Assembly (NCBI RefSeq): GCF_009914755.1
Contig: NC_060925.1
Length of the DNA stretch: 64,000 nucleotides
DNA from: the human T2T-CHM13v2.0 reference genome, Homo sapiens
Reading direction: 5' to 3' (one strand)
The position numbers were made by a program, and so were the translations under genes. Every line of letters begins with the position of its first letter. Within the stretch, counting starts at the first letter, position 1. Below, piece after piece: positions 39,621 to 50,420 of this stretch. Below the pieces are notes generated by a model, which made no database searches, was not told the origin of the DNA, and was given only the letters and a program-made list of their open reading frames with translations.

Positions 39621-41199
39621 GCAGAGCTAGTAAATGGCCTGCCCAGGTATATATTTCAAAACTGGCCTTAAGTCCATATCATATGGGAATGCCTTCTTCC
39701 CTTTGATTATTTTATACTAGGTGGGTGTAACCAGCTGCTCAGTGTAGGAGAGAGTGGGAGAGAGAGGGTGTGGTGATGGACAGGTGGTGGCTTAATCTGC
39801 TGATGATTCCAACACAAAGGGTTCTTGGAGAGGCAGGATTGGTGGGTGCAGTGGAATCTTATTCTCTTTCTCTGGGCCTTCAGGGCCCCTTTAGGCTTGA
39901 CTGCAGCTGTGAGCTGCATTTTCTGTTACTGCGGCATTATCTTCAAGAGTGAAATGTAGGGAGTGGATCAAGACCAGGCAAGACACGAATCCAACCTGGG
40001 CACCTTCTCCTAGGCACTGCCTCCTTTGGGCTAGCCCCTGACATGATACCTGACACGTGGAAGGTGCTCACTGCATGTCTGCTAAATGAACCAATCGGCC
40101 TGAGCCCACCCGGGCTGAACGAGCTTTGCAAGGTGTGGGCTGTGTTGTGTTTTCTGAGTCAAGAGGCCGTGGGGGTGGATGGATGGATGTGCTCCTGCCG
40201 GTTGTTCTCACCCTCTGCTCACCCCCATCAGTGGGAGCTGGGGCGCTGCTGAGTCCTCCTGCTGCACTTTGCCTTGGCTGAGCAGCAAGGTTGGGCCCTG
40301 AGGGTGGGAAGGGAGGTAGACAGTGATGGGCATGGGATCCTTTGCTGTCTGGGGCTAAACTCCGAACCTCCAAATCAACTTTCCCAATAAAGCTTAATAT
40401 CTATTAGGGTAAGCATATTTTTGGCTTTTCTCTGGGCTGAAAGGTGACCTCATCTTATGGGAAAGAAAGGCTTGAAGTGGTAATGCTATAATCTTCGTGA
40501 TCCTAGATACATTGAAAGAAAATAAAAATGCTGATTTACTAATTAACTCCATGCATCTTGTGTACTGCCCCCCTCCCCACCCCCCAAAACATCCTAAACA
40601 TTCATGCTGCAGGCTGCTGCTCCATGCCTCCAATAAACTAGCTCTTCAAAGAGATCTCTTTTGTATTCTTCCCTTTTCCAGCTGCCTCCAGTGGGAGGGG
40701 ATGGCTCCCTGCTCTGTTGTCTCCCAGTACTCTCCTGTGGTGCACTCCACATCCCGCCTTGTATTCGAGCCCTTTGTGGGTATGTTTTCCCTTCTCCTCT
40801 TTTGAACTGTAAGTTTTTAGAGGCTATGACTGTGTCTAATTTATCTCTGAGCCCCAGAATCCCTGAGAACAATGTGTGGCTCATCAAAGGGGATTAATGA
40901 GTATTTGTTAAATGGGTTTATGAATTCATGAATAAGTAAACAAACACACAGCTCTCTCAGGTATCATGGCCTTTGGGTCTCCAGACACTGGTCTCTACTA
41001 TTTTTTTTTCCTTTTTTCCTCCATTCCTCTTTCTGACCTGATCTCAGGCACTTACATGTCTCTGCTCCTCTGTCCATCCCCCGCACAACAGAGTGTGTTC
41101 ATCCCTGGCTGCACTTCTGAAGTTGGCTTTCAGAAACAGAGTCTGTAGACATGCAGTGTTTCCAGTGTGTTACCGTGGTCACAGCTACTGAAGGTGAAA

Positions 41200-41640
41200 T
41201 GTACATAACAAGTACTTACGTAGCACATACTTATTGTGTGCAAGGTACTGATCTAAGAGCTTTATGCATATAAACTAACTTAATTTTCACAACAGCCCAG
41301 TGGAGCAGAATGGTATTATTCTTAACAATTAAACCCTCTGGGAGACTCTCTGGTTCAAGGTCATGCCTTACCTCTCTAAAGCTCAAGATCCTGCCTATAA
41401 CTTGACTCTTAAGCAAGGAAAATATTATTTTGACATGCAGTATGTTAATAATGGTCACATATTGTGAAGAATCCTGTCCTTATTATTAGGAGATCCAGCT
41501 CTGCTATTTCCTAGCTCTGTGCACTTGGACAAGTCCCTGACTCTCTGGGTGTTCAGATAACAGGATGTGCCTCACAGTCCTTCTGCAAAGATGCAATGAG
41601 AAAACATTACGGTTGGCACCCAGGAAGTGATGGGTTGTCA
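41200..41640. mobile_element. Two MIR fragments (- at about 41200-41410, + at about 41490-41640)
   Basis: MIR core motifs in opposite orientations. Confidence 0.6.
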
Positions 41641-43427
41641 TAAATGAATGGTTTTTAAAACACTTTAAAACCAACTTTGCTGACCTGTGGTTAGCTGATA
41701 GCATGTTGGAGTGTGGGGCTTCTCAGGCTTAGGTTTGAGAGATGCTGATTCTAGGGACGGACATTACATAAGGATGTGAAGTTATGTTTTCACCCAAGTA
41801 AGGGCTGTGAGGTATTGTGAAAGCCACCAGACTCCCAAGATGTCTGCATTGCCATAATGCTCCTCTGCTCCACTATGCATTTGCACATGGTCTCCTGCCA
41901 ACTTTTTTCTTAAGAACCCACTCCCAAATCCTCTCTGCATTATGTTCCTTAGAGCACTGCTTTGCATAAGAGTCTATTTCTTGGAAAAGCTCAACGGAGG
42001 AAAAATAGAACAAAAGGGGCTCTGATAACTTAAGCATAAGCTATCTGAGTGTAACTGGCAGGGTGGGGGAAGATGAAGGAGCAGGCCTGGTGGGAGGGGC
42101 ACAGGCCATTTGGATGAAGCCCACATTCACAGACTTCTCAGTGATGGGTGAAAAATCTCTTATGAAGATGGCCCAAGGCCTGACAGATCTGGGAAGAGCT
42201 TAAGAATGAGGGTAATAGGCCAACTGCTTCTCCAACTTTGCCACTCATGTCCATCTGTCTTAGTACAAACTCCCACAGGCTGCCTGATCTGGGGCAGTGT
42301 GGACACCTTGTTTTCTGCCTTTTCCAGAAGAGGCTGGAGGGACTACCTACCAGTCCCCTTCACACCTGATTGCAGCTCGATGATACACTGCAGTAGAGGG
42401 GCTGCAGGATAAATGCTTTGAAATGTAATAGTCTTCATGGGCTTTATAAAGTAGGAAAGTTTTCCACTTGCTTCCTTAGCTCCTGTTGGGTTTCCACTTT
42501 GCAGGTCATTGCTTTCAGAAAAACATGTGGAGCATTTGGTAACCCCATCTTAACTTGGGAGGGTGTGTGTGGGGCTGCACTTTCCAACTACTGTGAGATG
42601 GGCTGGCTGCATTGTGGTGAAATTTAGTACCTCAACAAAGTCCCATAGGGGAGTAGAGGGCTGTTGACAAGAGGTCAGAGCCTAGGAATATCTAAGCTCT
42701 GAGGCATGGTGCATGGGGTGCTGGGCTGCCAAGCACTCGTGCTCAGTGACCAGTAGATGGTGCTCTGACAACAGGAAAATACAGTTACTGTCCCTCTGAG
42801 ACTGGAAAGGGATTTTCAGATGGTCTTCAGACTGGTTTCCAATCAGAGTTATGACTAATTGCTGATTTTCCACATTTCCATTTGTGGATCCTTAATAGGA
42901 CAGTGGAACTCGGGGCACTGGAAGGAGAATGCCCACCAAATTCCCATATGAAGAAATTCCCATATGAAGTCATGCAATACCGCATGACTACAGTATTCTG
43001 GTCATGAACTTTTTCTGAGGATCCTCCTGGATATTGAGGGCATGGTGCCAGGAACACTTGGCCTCTGATCAAATTCAATTTGAGGATGGTAAGCATAGCA
43101 TTTCCATAGGCTTAGTGTCATTGTATAGTTTCTTCTCTTGATAAACAATTTAGAATTACCCTATTGCTGTCCTGAAGGGCAGCATGGGTTTTAGAAAGAG
43201 CCGCAGATTGGAAGTCAGATGTGTTAGAAGTCCACACTCTGCCGCTTATCAGATGTGGGCAAACGGCTTAACGTTGCTGAAACTCTGCTGCTTTGTCTGT
43301 CAAGGGTCGTGATACATGTGTTACCAGGCTCACCTCAGAAGTTTGGAGTCAGGCTCAGCTGTGGGGCTTATGTAAACTGAAAACTATTAAACACATGTAT
43401 TATTCAACCATTAAAATTGTAGCCACT

Positions 43428-43550
43428 GGCGGGGCGCAATGGCTCATGCTAGCACTTTGGGAGGCTGAGGCAGGTGGATTGCTTGAGCCTAGGAGTTGCC
43501 AGCTAGGACAACATAGTGAGACCGTCGTCTCTATAAAAAAAAATAAAAAC
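43428..43550 (+). mobile_element. FLAM (free left Alu monomer) with internal deletions, next to a MIR at about 43180-43400
   Basis: AGCACTTTGGGAGGCTGAGGCAGGTGGATTGCTTGAGCC..ACATAGTGAGACC plus an A tail, with TGTAGC on both flanks. Confidence 0.85.
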
Positions 43551-44753
43551 AACAACTGTAGCTGCCTTGGGGGCTGGTAGAATGGGGGATTAGAGAGTAT
43601 GAAACCAGTATAGAAATTCATAGATCTCAAAGCTCTCAAGAGCTATGACAGCCAGGTGGGGGTGGAAGATGAGAGTCTGTCTTCCTGCTAGCACTGCTGC
43701 CCTTAGGCCAAGTCTCTTCACAAAGCCATTTATGCCATTATGTTTGCCCCTTTCCTTTTTGGCTGCACCCTCCAAGAATTATCCCTTTTAACTCACATAG
43801 GTGCTGAAACTCCCTAAGGTATTCCACATTAATTCCCAACCTATGCATTTATGATTCCTGTCTCCTTGGAAGGCAAGAAGGCAGATATCAACTCCAGTGT
43901 GTCGTCGCATTTGCACATGTAGTATCCCATCTTGAGTATTCTAGGTCTCTGAAGAATTACAACAGCCAAAGAGAATACAGGACGTGGAATACTGGATCTC
44001 TGCTGACATCTGATAACACTGAAGAGACAAGTCGGGGATCTCTGATGTTCCAAGAACTAAGTCTGGGAAGTAAAAGGCTAGTGAGCCCTGCTTATTCTGG
44101 GCATTGAGAAGGTATGCCGCCAGCCTGCTGAGGCAGAACCACAAAGGAAAGGGGTGAGGTGACAGCATGAGAGTGAAGTTCATGAAGCTTTCTGGCCTGC
44201 AAGGTTATACAATCTAGTATAATCTAGTGTAAAAAGCTACATGATTTATGTCATCACCCATCTTGTTCATTATAGTATCCTCAGTGCCTAAAACAGTGCC
44301 TGGCACCTGGAAGGGACTCAAAGATACTTCTCTAATGATTTGAATGAATTTTGTGCTATGGATTATGGTACTGTCTGAAAGGAGCGACATACACTTAATA
44401 ATTTCTGAAAGCCCTTTTTCTAACCCTATGTAGTTTACAGGGATACCGAGATAGCCACTTGGGACTAGTTCTAAGTGACTGGCTGATGGGACTTCATGGT
44501 TCACAGCACCACCCTCCCTCCGTTTCACGACTGACTAGGTATTCAGACAGAAGAGGACCCTCTGATTAAAGCAGGAGGAAGGACAGAGTAAGGCAGTAAT
44601 GTGAAATCAAAGTAACAATTACAGCTGACTCACCTTGAATAGTAATTTCACCTGAAATGGGCTCCCCTGAATCCAAAGGTCAAATGCCTTCCCCAAGGGC
44701 AGCAGGCTGGACATGTTGAGACCATTCCTTTGGATTTCCAGTAGAGAATTTTC

Positions 44754-44755
<2 letters not shown>

Positions 44756-44791
<36 letters not shown>
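44756..44791 (+). repeat. (AC)18 microsatellite with a degenerate CA-rich extension to about 44900
   Basis: Direct reading. Confidence 0.97.
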
Positions 44792-44794
<3 letters not shown>

Positions 44795-45329
44795 CACATA
44801 CATTCTCACACAACAGACACATGTCAGTGCTCACAGGGCCTTGCCCACAGACAGACACATACCCGTAGAAACACACATGCCATGCACTCAGACATCACCT
44901 CACTTCTCAACAGTTAATCTCACTTCACAGGCGTGAAGCCATACTCACCCATGGTTTCCAACCTCTGGGCTTTGGTCAGTGTCTGTTTCCTTCCTCAGCC
45001 CCTCCTTTCCTTCTTCCCTTCCATTGTTCGGGTTGGAAGGATTTGGAGAGGCCTATGTGTTGAGCCAAGGCAGGAAAACACAGAAGACGGTGTGCCCCAG
45101 CTAGTGTGGACATGGGAGGGGACAGCTGGTCCCTGCCCTCAGTTCAAACCACCAGTCACCTGTGGGGAAGGGCTTGGCGGCTAAACAGGAGCTCTTTCCC
45201 TGGGGCTTGGAGTCCACCTTTCCCACCTCTGCAGCTCAGATACCAATTCTATTTTTTTTTTTTTCTACATTAATGGGTTGGGTTTGAGAAAGTCCGTGGA
45301 GCTTATTTGGGAGTAAAGGATGGGGGGCG

Positions 45330-46470
45330 GGAGGATCCTTCTGATTGTTCGCATTTCGAGAAGGGTAGTTTTAGCCCATAACTCACCATGGAGGGCCCTT
45401 CCAGGAGACGTCGGGCAGGGCTTTCCTACAGCGGAACCGGGAGGCCGCCCCGTGAGGGCAGAAGCTCCCGCCAGGAGCCAGCACCACCAGCAGAGTGTGG
45501 AACCCCCAGAGGTCCTAGCCTCCTCCACGGGGCCTCCCAGGTGCTAAGTGGGGAGATGGGGAGAGGGTTCTGCCCTCTACTTGGAAATGCCTGGCCGTGT
45601 TCGTGGAGCCTGGGAGGTGCGGAGGAGCGGCGACGCGGCCATGGCGCTAGGCGCGCAAAGGCCCCGACACCTTACTAGGGCGGCGGCGGGCCCGTGGCAC
45701 CGCTCCCGGCACCGAACAGGGCACAGCACTGGGGACACCTCTCTGCAGGGACCCAAGACGCGCGTGCGTGTGCGCCCCACGCCAGGCCCTCGCTCTCTTG
45801 CGGAGACTCCGCCGCATCGCTGGCTGCACCTGCCTCTCTCTTCTCGGCATTACTTGGGGGAAAGGGGACTCTTCACTGGACCTTTGCAGAGGTGGCTGCT
45901 ACCCTTTGGCCACATAAATCAAGAAGGCAAGCCAGCCTCACCTTCCAGGAACCTCCAGCCTTCCGGCTGCGTCCCCGCCCCTCCCGCCTGGCCAGCTCCT
46001 CCCCCGCTTCTCCCAGCGCTCTTGCGCGCCTCGCTGCGCCTCTGCGCGCCGCTCGCTGTCCTCTGCCTCGCCTCCCCATTCTCCTTCCGCATCTTCTCCA
46101 GTGCTCCGCCGAGGGCGCTGCCTGCGGGGAAGAGGGAGACTGAGCCGTTAGTGAGGAAGTTCGGTCTGTGGACAAGTGTGGTGCCAGGCCGCCGCGAGGC
46201 TCGGCTGCAACCTGTTCCTCGCCCGCCGGTGCTCGCCGCCCGCCCGCTCGCACTCCCGCCCTCTCGGCGGCGCAGCCGCGGATCGCTGTTGCATGCTGAT
46301 CCGGGGAGGCGGCGGTGGCGAGCGCTCCGGGCGGATGCTGGCACTCAGGCTTCGCTGCTCTCTGGATGCTGCTCAACTTCTAGCCCAAGCGCAGGAGCTT
46401 TGAAGTCATTTGTCCCTTTTCGCTTGGATCGACTTCTTATTTTGAGATTTTGGGCATTGCGGTTTACGCA
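45330..46470. promoter_or_regulatory. Promoter CpG island of CACNA1E with GC boxes (Sp/KLF)
   Basis: Abrupt rise in CpG and GC density, with GGGCGG/CCGCCC motifs near 45325, 45678 and 45974 and a KLF-like CGCCCCACGCC near 45772. Confidence 0.9.
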
Positions 46471-46947
46471 GGAACCTCAATATCGCTCTCCCCACCTCCC
46501 TCCCTCTTTCTCCAACCTTTGGATGCGTCTCTGCTGGCAGATATAAAGACCCAAGTCTTCGCGGTGGAATTTCTTAGATGGACTTGCAGGGGCTGGCGTT
46601 ATAAAGCATGTCATCGTAACCCCGTCCTCGTCTTTGTTTATTTTTTTTTAAAGTTCTTTTGTTTTCATTTTCCCCTCCTTCCCACCCCTTCCCCCAACCA
46701 ATAAATCACCAAACTGTTACCTAGCGGGCCGGTGCCTGCCTCTCTCCCTGAACTAGGTGGTGCGTCTGCCAGAAGAGGAGCTATGTTTGAAGAGCAGCCT
46801 ACTCCACCCCTCTCCTCTCTGGTCCCTGAACACCACCACACACTGGCATTTTGAAAAAAATATTTTCCTCCAGAAACTGGGCACCCCCAAGCCCTACCAC
46901 CCGCTTTTTTTTTCTTTTTTCTTTTTTTTTTTTTTCCTTCTTGAGGA

Positions 46948-46974
46948 ATGGAGCTTCGCAGAGGTTGCATTTAG
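46948..46974 (+). other. uORF1 (MELRRGCI*) in the putative 5' UTR
   Basis: GGA ATG G (strong Kozak) followed by TAG at 46972-46974. Relevant only if the TSS lies upstream of 46948. Confidence 0.5.
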
Positions 46975-47065
46975 ATTCAACAGTTCACAGCGGCGGGCTG
47001 CTGCTGCTGCCTCTCCGAAGAGCTCGCGGAGCTCCCCAGAGGCGGTGGTCCCCGTGCTTGTCTGG

Positions 47066-47077
47066 ATGCGGCTCTGA
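47066..47077 (+). other. uORF2 (MRL*), in frame with the main CDS
   Basis: ATG CGG CTC TGA in weak context; it stops 87 nt before the main ATG. Confidence 0.55.
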
Positions 47078-47482
<405 letters not shown>

Positions 47483-49332
47483 TGAAGGGGGGTACCTAGC
47501 ATGGAATGTATCCCCCACCCCTTCCTGGTGCCAATTTGCCCCTTTGCTGAAGCACACTCTTCGGTGCATCTAAGGGGCAAGCTTGGTGCCGTGGAGACCC
47601 GTTTGGGCACTAGTGTTTTTCAAGGTAAGACTTTTGGTTTTTTATTTTTCCTATGTGGAAATCTTTAGTGTCCCTGGGTGCATCCCTTTCTGGGCTGGGC
47701 TTTGTCTGATTCCCAGCCCCCTCCCCACCCCTACTCCCTTCACATGCCGCCCTCTACATAGATTGGGTTGCCCCAATGCTTCCTTTCATAATTAATTCTC
47801 ATTTTCCTTTCTTTAAGCCAGCCACTCTGCCCGTATCCCCACCAACCAGGAGACACCGCACTGTCTTCCTGTAGGGAAGTCAAGGCTCCATGAGGGGATT
47901 TATCAGTTCAGAAGTTCCCAGGGCCAAAACCCTGTGTACAGATAGACAAATGAATAAATAAAACAGGCTTTTGGGTGGGGACTCAGCTAACTCTAGGGAC
48001 TTAAGTTTAAGTTCCACTGAAAGTGGCATGAGTGAGTGTCTGTCAGGGGAGGTGATCTCTGTTGCCACAGCCCAAGGAGCTCAAACTTGGAGTTCTCCTC
48101 TCAGCCAAGAAAGAGCAGCTCATCAGGCCCATCCTGTCCTTGGTCCTTGGTTGGGTACTCTTGCTTCTTAGTGCTTGACCCAGCTGATTGCTCTCCCAGT
48201 ATCCAGGATCCAGGTGGATCGGCTGGGCCTGAATTCATCCGCTGAGGCCAGAGGTGTGCATGCAGTCTCTCTCTCCCTAGCTCCAAAGGAACTGCTCTCC
48301 CCAAAGCACTGGTGGGGGCCATCTCTGATGGTGGTGGTGTCAGGGTGAACAGGCATGGAAGGAGCTTCTTTGCAGGTTTAATCAAGTGCACCAAATGCAG
48401 ACTGCTGATTAGGCAGCTCACTGCCTTGTTCTTCACTAAGGATTGGACGCCTGGCAAGGCCATTGGGAATTGGGGGTGGTGAGGCAGTGAAGGGGATTAG
48501 TAGGAGGCAAGCTAGTGGTCTGGCGTTAAATATGGGGATGGGGTTGGAGACATGGGACTTTGGGAGGGAGATTTGGGAGGGATGCATCTGCAATGGAGGC
48601 CCCTTCTTTTCTCCCCTATTCTCCCTCTTTCCCACCCCCACCGTCCAGGTGTGCAGCAGTGAGGCAGCTGGAGCTGCCTTGGGTCTCTAGTATTAGCCAG
48701 ACACGCGGCTCATTTCCCCCAGGGCCTGGGCATCTCCCTACTCCCCCAACCCCAGTCTCTGGCCTTCCCCTTCTTCTCTAGTTCCCTGCCTCAGCAGCTC
48801 GGTGATTGGCTGGCGCGTGGTGCTTCTAGGCAGCACCCCCTCATTAGAAACGAAGGAGCATCTCTAAGCAGATATTCTTCCTGCTGCTGTTCGCATCCTC
48901 CCACAGCAACCCCGGCTGGGCTTCTCCCTCTCTCCTCTCTGCATCCCGCTCCCCTGCTCCACTCTCACAGAGTGATCCCAGGCCATCCATTGCCTGAGTT
49001 GAACGTATCTAGCTAGGGTGGAGGTTTCGGGCGGGGGAGGGGTCGGGTCCCTGCAGTCACGCCTGCCGGTGCGCTGCACAAAGCGGACAGATCTCATTGT
49101 GTTGTGTGCTGCGGCTGCAAATATTCCTCTAGGCAGTCTACGGATTTCCCAGCTGGGCCCTCCTTTCTCACTCGGCTTCTACGGTTCTCTAAATCTTCCC
49201 ATCCACCAGGTGCTGCCTTGCTGTGCCCCTCTCTTAGGGGCGTGTTTATTCAGACAGGCGCCCTCCCGTTTCTTTGCGGTAGACAAAGCCGCCCAACCGC
49301 CCCGCGGGTGGCAAAGTGTGCCAGCAGCCATC

Positions 49333-49353
49333 GTTGGCACCTCGGACAGCGCC
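49333..49353 (+). promoter_or_regulatory. RE1/NRSE (REST) site
   Basis: GTTGGCACCTCGGACAGCGCC versus consensus TTCAGCACCACGGACAGCGCC: perfect right half, canonical 2-nt spacer, GCACC of the left half. Confidence 0.7.
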
Positions 49354-49394
49354 GCTGAAACTCCCGGCGGCCCGGGGCTCCCCAGTTACCCGGG

Positions 49395-49415
49395 TTCAGC
49401 ACCTCGGGTACTTCT
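49395..49415 (+). promoter_or_regulatory. Second RE1-like site (perfect left half)
   Basis: TTCAGCACCTCGGGTACTTCT has a perfect TTCAGCACC, a 2-nt spacer and GG, with a degenerate right half. Confidence 0.5.
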
Positions 49416-49964
49416 GGCCGGGCCCAGCCTTGGAGCTGAGAAACCAGGCACGTTTCCTACACCACGTGGTCACCTTTTTTCACGTTTTCTCTTCCGCTGC
49501 AAAGACACCGCCTTTCCACCAGGCGTTGCGAGCGCGCAAGGTGCGGCTGTGAGTCTTACTCCTCCCTTTCCTTGTCTTTGGCCAAAAATGGACCAAAGAG
49601 AGTCAAACGGGAGACTCTCGAGGGAGTTGATTTCAGCATCATGCTCAGTGCCTTGGCCCCGAGCCCTGTCCCAATGGTCTCTTTTGTCTGCATAGTTGGA
49701 AATTTCACAGTGGTTCTACAGCATGTAGGCTGTGGTAACAGTGTTCAGGGAACATCTGCTAAGGTGTTTAGTGGAGCCCTGTTGGAAAATATAAAATACA
49801 CCATGTACAATGTAATTGACTAATATATTCCCTCTGGTGGTGACCACGTGGAAACATTGGGCTTCCGTGGGAAACGCACCTAAATTCCTAGTCTCACCTT
49901 CCTTTCCTTTCTAAACAAATAACTTCCCAAGTATCTTGCTTTGTCTTATTGGGAGTCAGTCTGG

Positions 49965-50190
49965 GTAGTGGTTGCCCATAAAGCTTTGGAGCTAGGCTGC
50001 CTGGGTTGAAATCCTAGTTCCTTCACCAGCTTTCTGACCTTGAAAATTACTTCATTACTCTGTGACTCAGTCTTCTTACCTGTTAAATGAGGATAATAAT
50101 AATAATACTGGGAGAATTAAATGACTTAATATATATCACATGCCTAAAACATTATCTAATTACCCAGTAATCACTAGTTGTTATTATTAA
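49965..50190 (+). mobile_element. MIR SINE
   Basis: TAGTGGTT..GCTTTGGAGCTAGGCTGCCTGGGTT..TGACCTTG..CTGTTAAATGAGGATAATAAT..GAGAATTAAATGA. Confidence 0.8.
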
Positions 50191-50261
50191 TGGCATCTTT
50201 CAGAAATTTCAGCGTGCCTGAAGTGGGGAGGGGTCTTAGTTCAGGTGAAGTCCTCTAGATT

Positions 50262-50420
50262 CTTGCCTCTCAAAGAGAGCAAGGAGCTGCATCCACATCA
50301 CCTGGGAGCTTGCTAAAAATTCAGAATCCTGGGCCCCACTTCAATCCTGCTGAATCAGAATCTGCATTGTAATGAGATCCCTGTGTGATTAATATGCTCA
50401 TTAAAGTTTAGGAAGTACTT
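50262..50420. mobile_element. MER5A-like DNA transposon
   Basis: CATCACCTGGGAGCTTGCTAAAAAT..GGGCCCCAC..CTGAATCAGAATCTGCATT..AAAGTTTAGGAAG. Confidence 0.8.

Larger units (their letters stand above)
48780..49620. promoter_or_regulatory. Intron-1 CpG island / regulatory element
   Basis: CpG-rich block with an inverted CCAAT (ATTGG 48805-48809), a GC box at 49029, palindromic ACCACGTGGT at 49461-49470 and RE1-like sites. Confidence 0.75.

Noticed and set aside
45548-46546. 332-aa + strand ORF (and overlapping - strand ORFs) in the promoter CpG island
   Set aside because: Starts at GTG, has low-complexity R/P/A/L composition and no recognisable domain. Long ORFs in several frames are expected where GC richness depletes stop codons.
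46998-47009. (CTG)4 in the leader as a possible expansion locus
   Set aside because: Too short to be unstable.
49018-49695. 225-aa ORF over the intron-1 CpG island
   Set aside because: Non-ATG start, GC-driven stop depletion and no recognisable protein motif.
49828-49842. CTCF-like CCACCAGAGGGAA on the minus strand (and CCAGAAGAGGAGC near 46769)
   Set aside because: Both lack the conserved GGC end of the core motif and cannot be supported without PWM or ChIP data.
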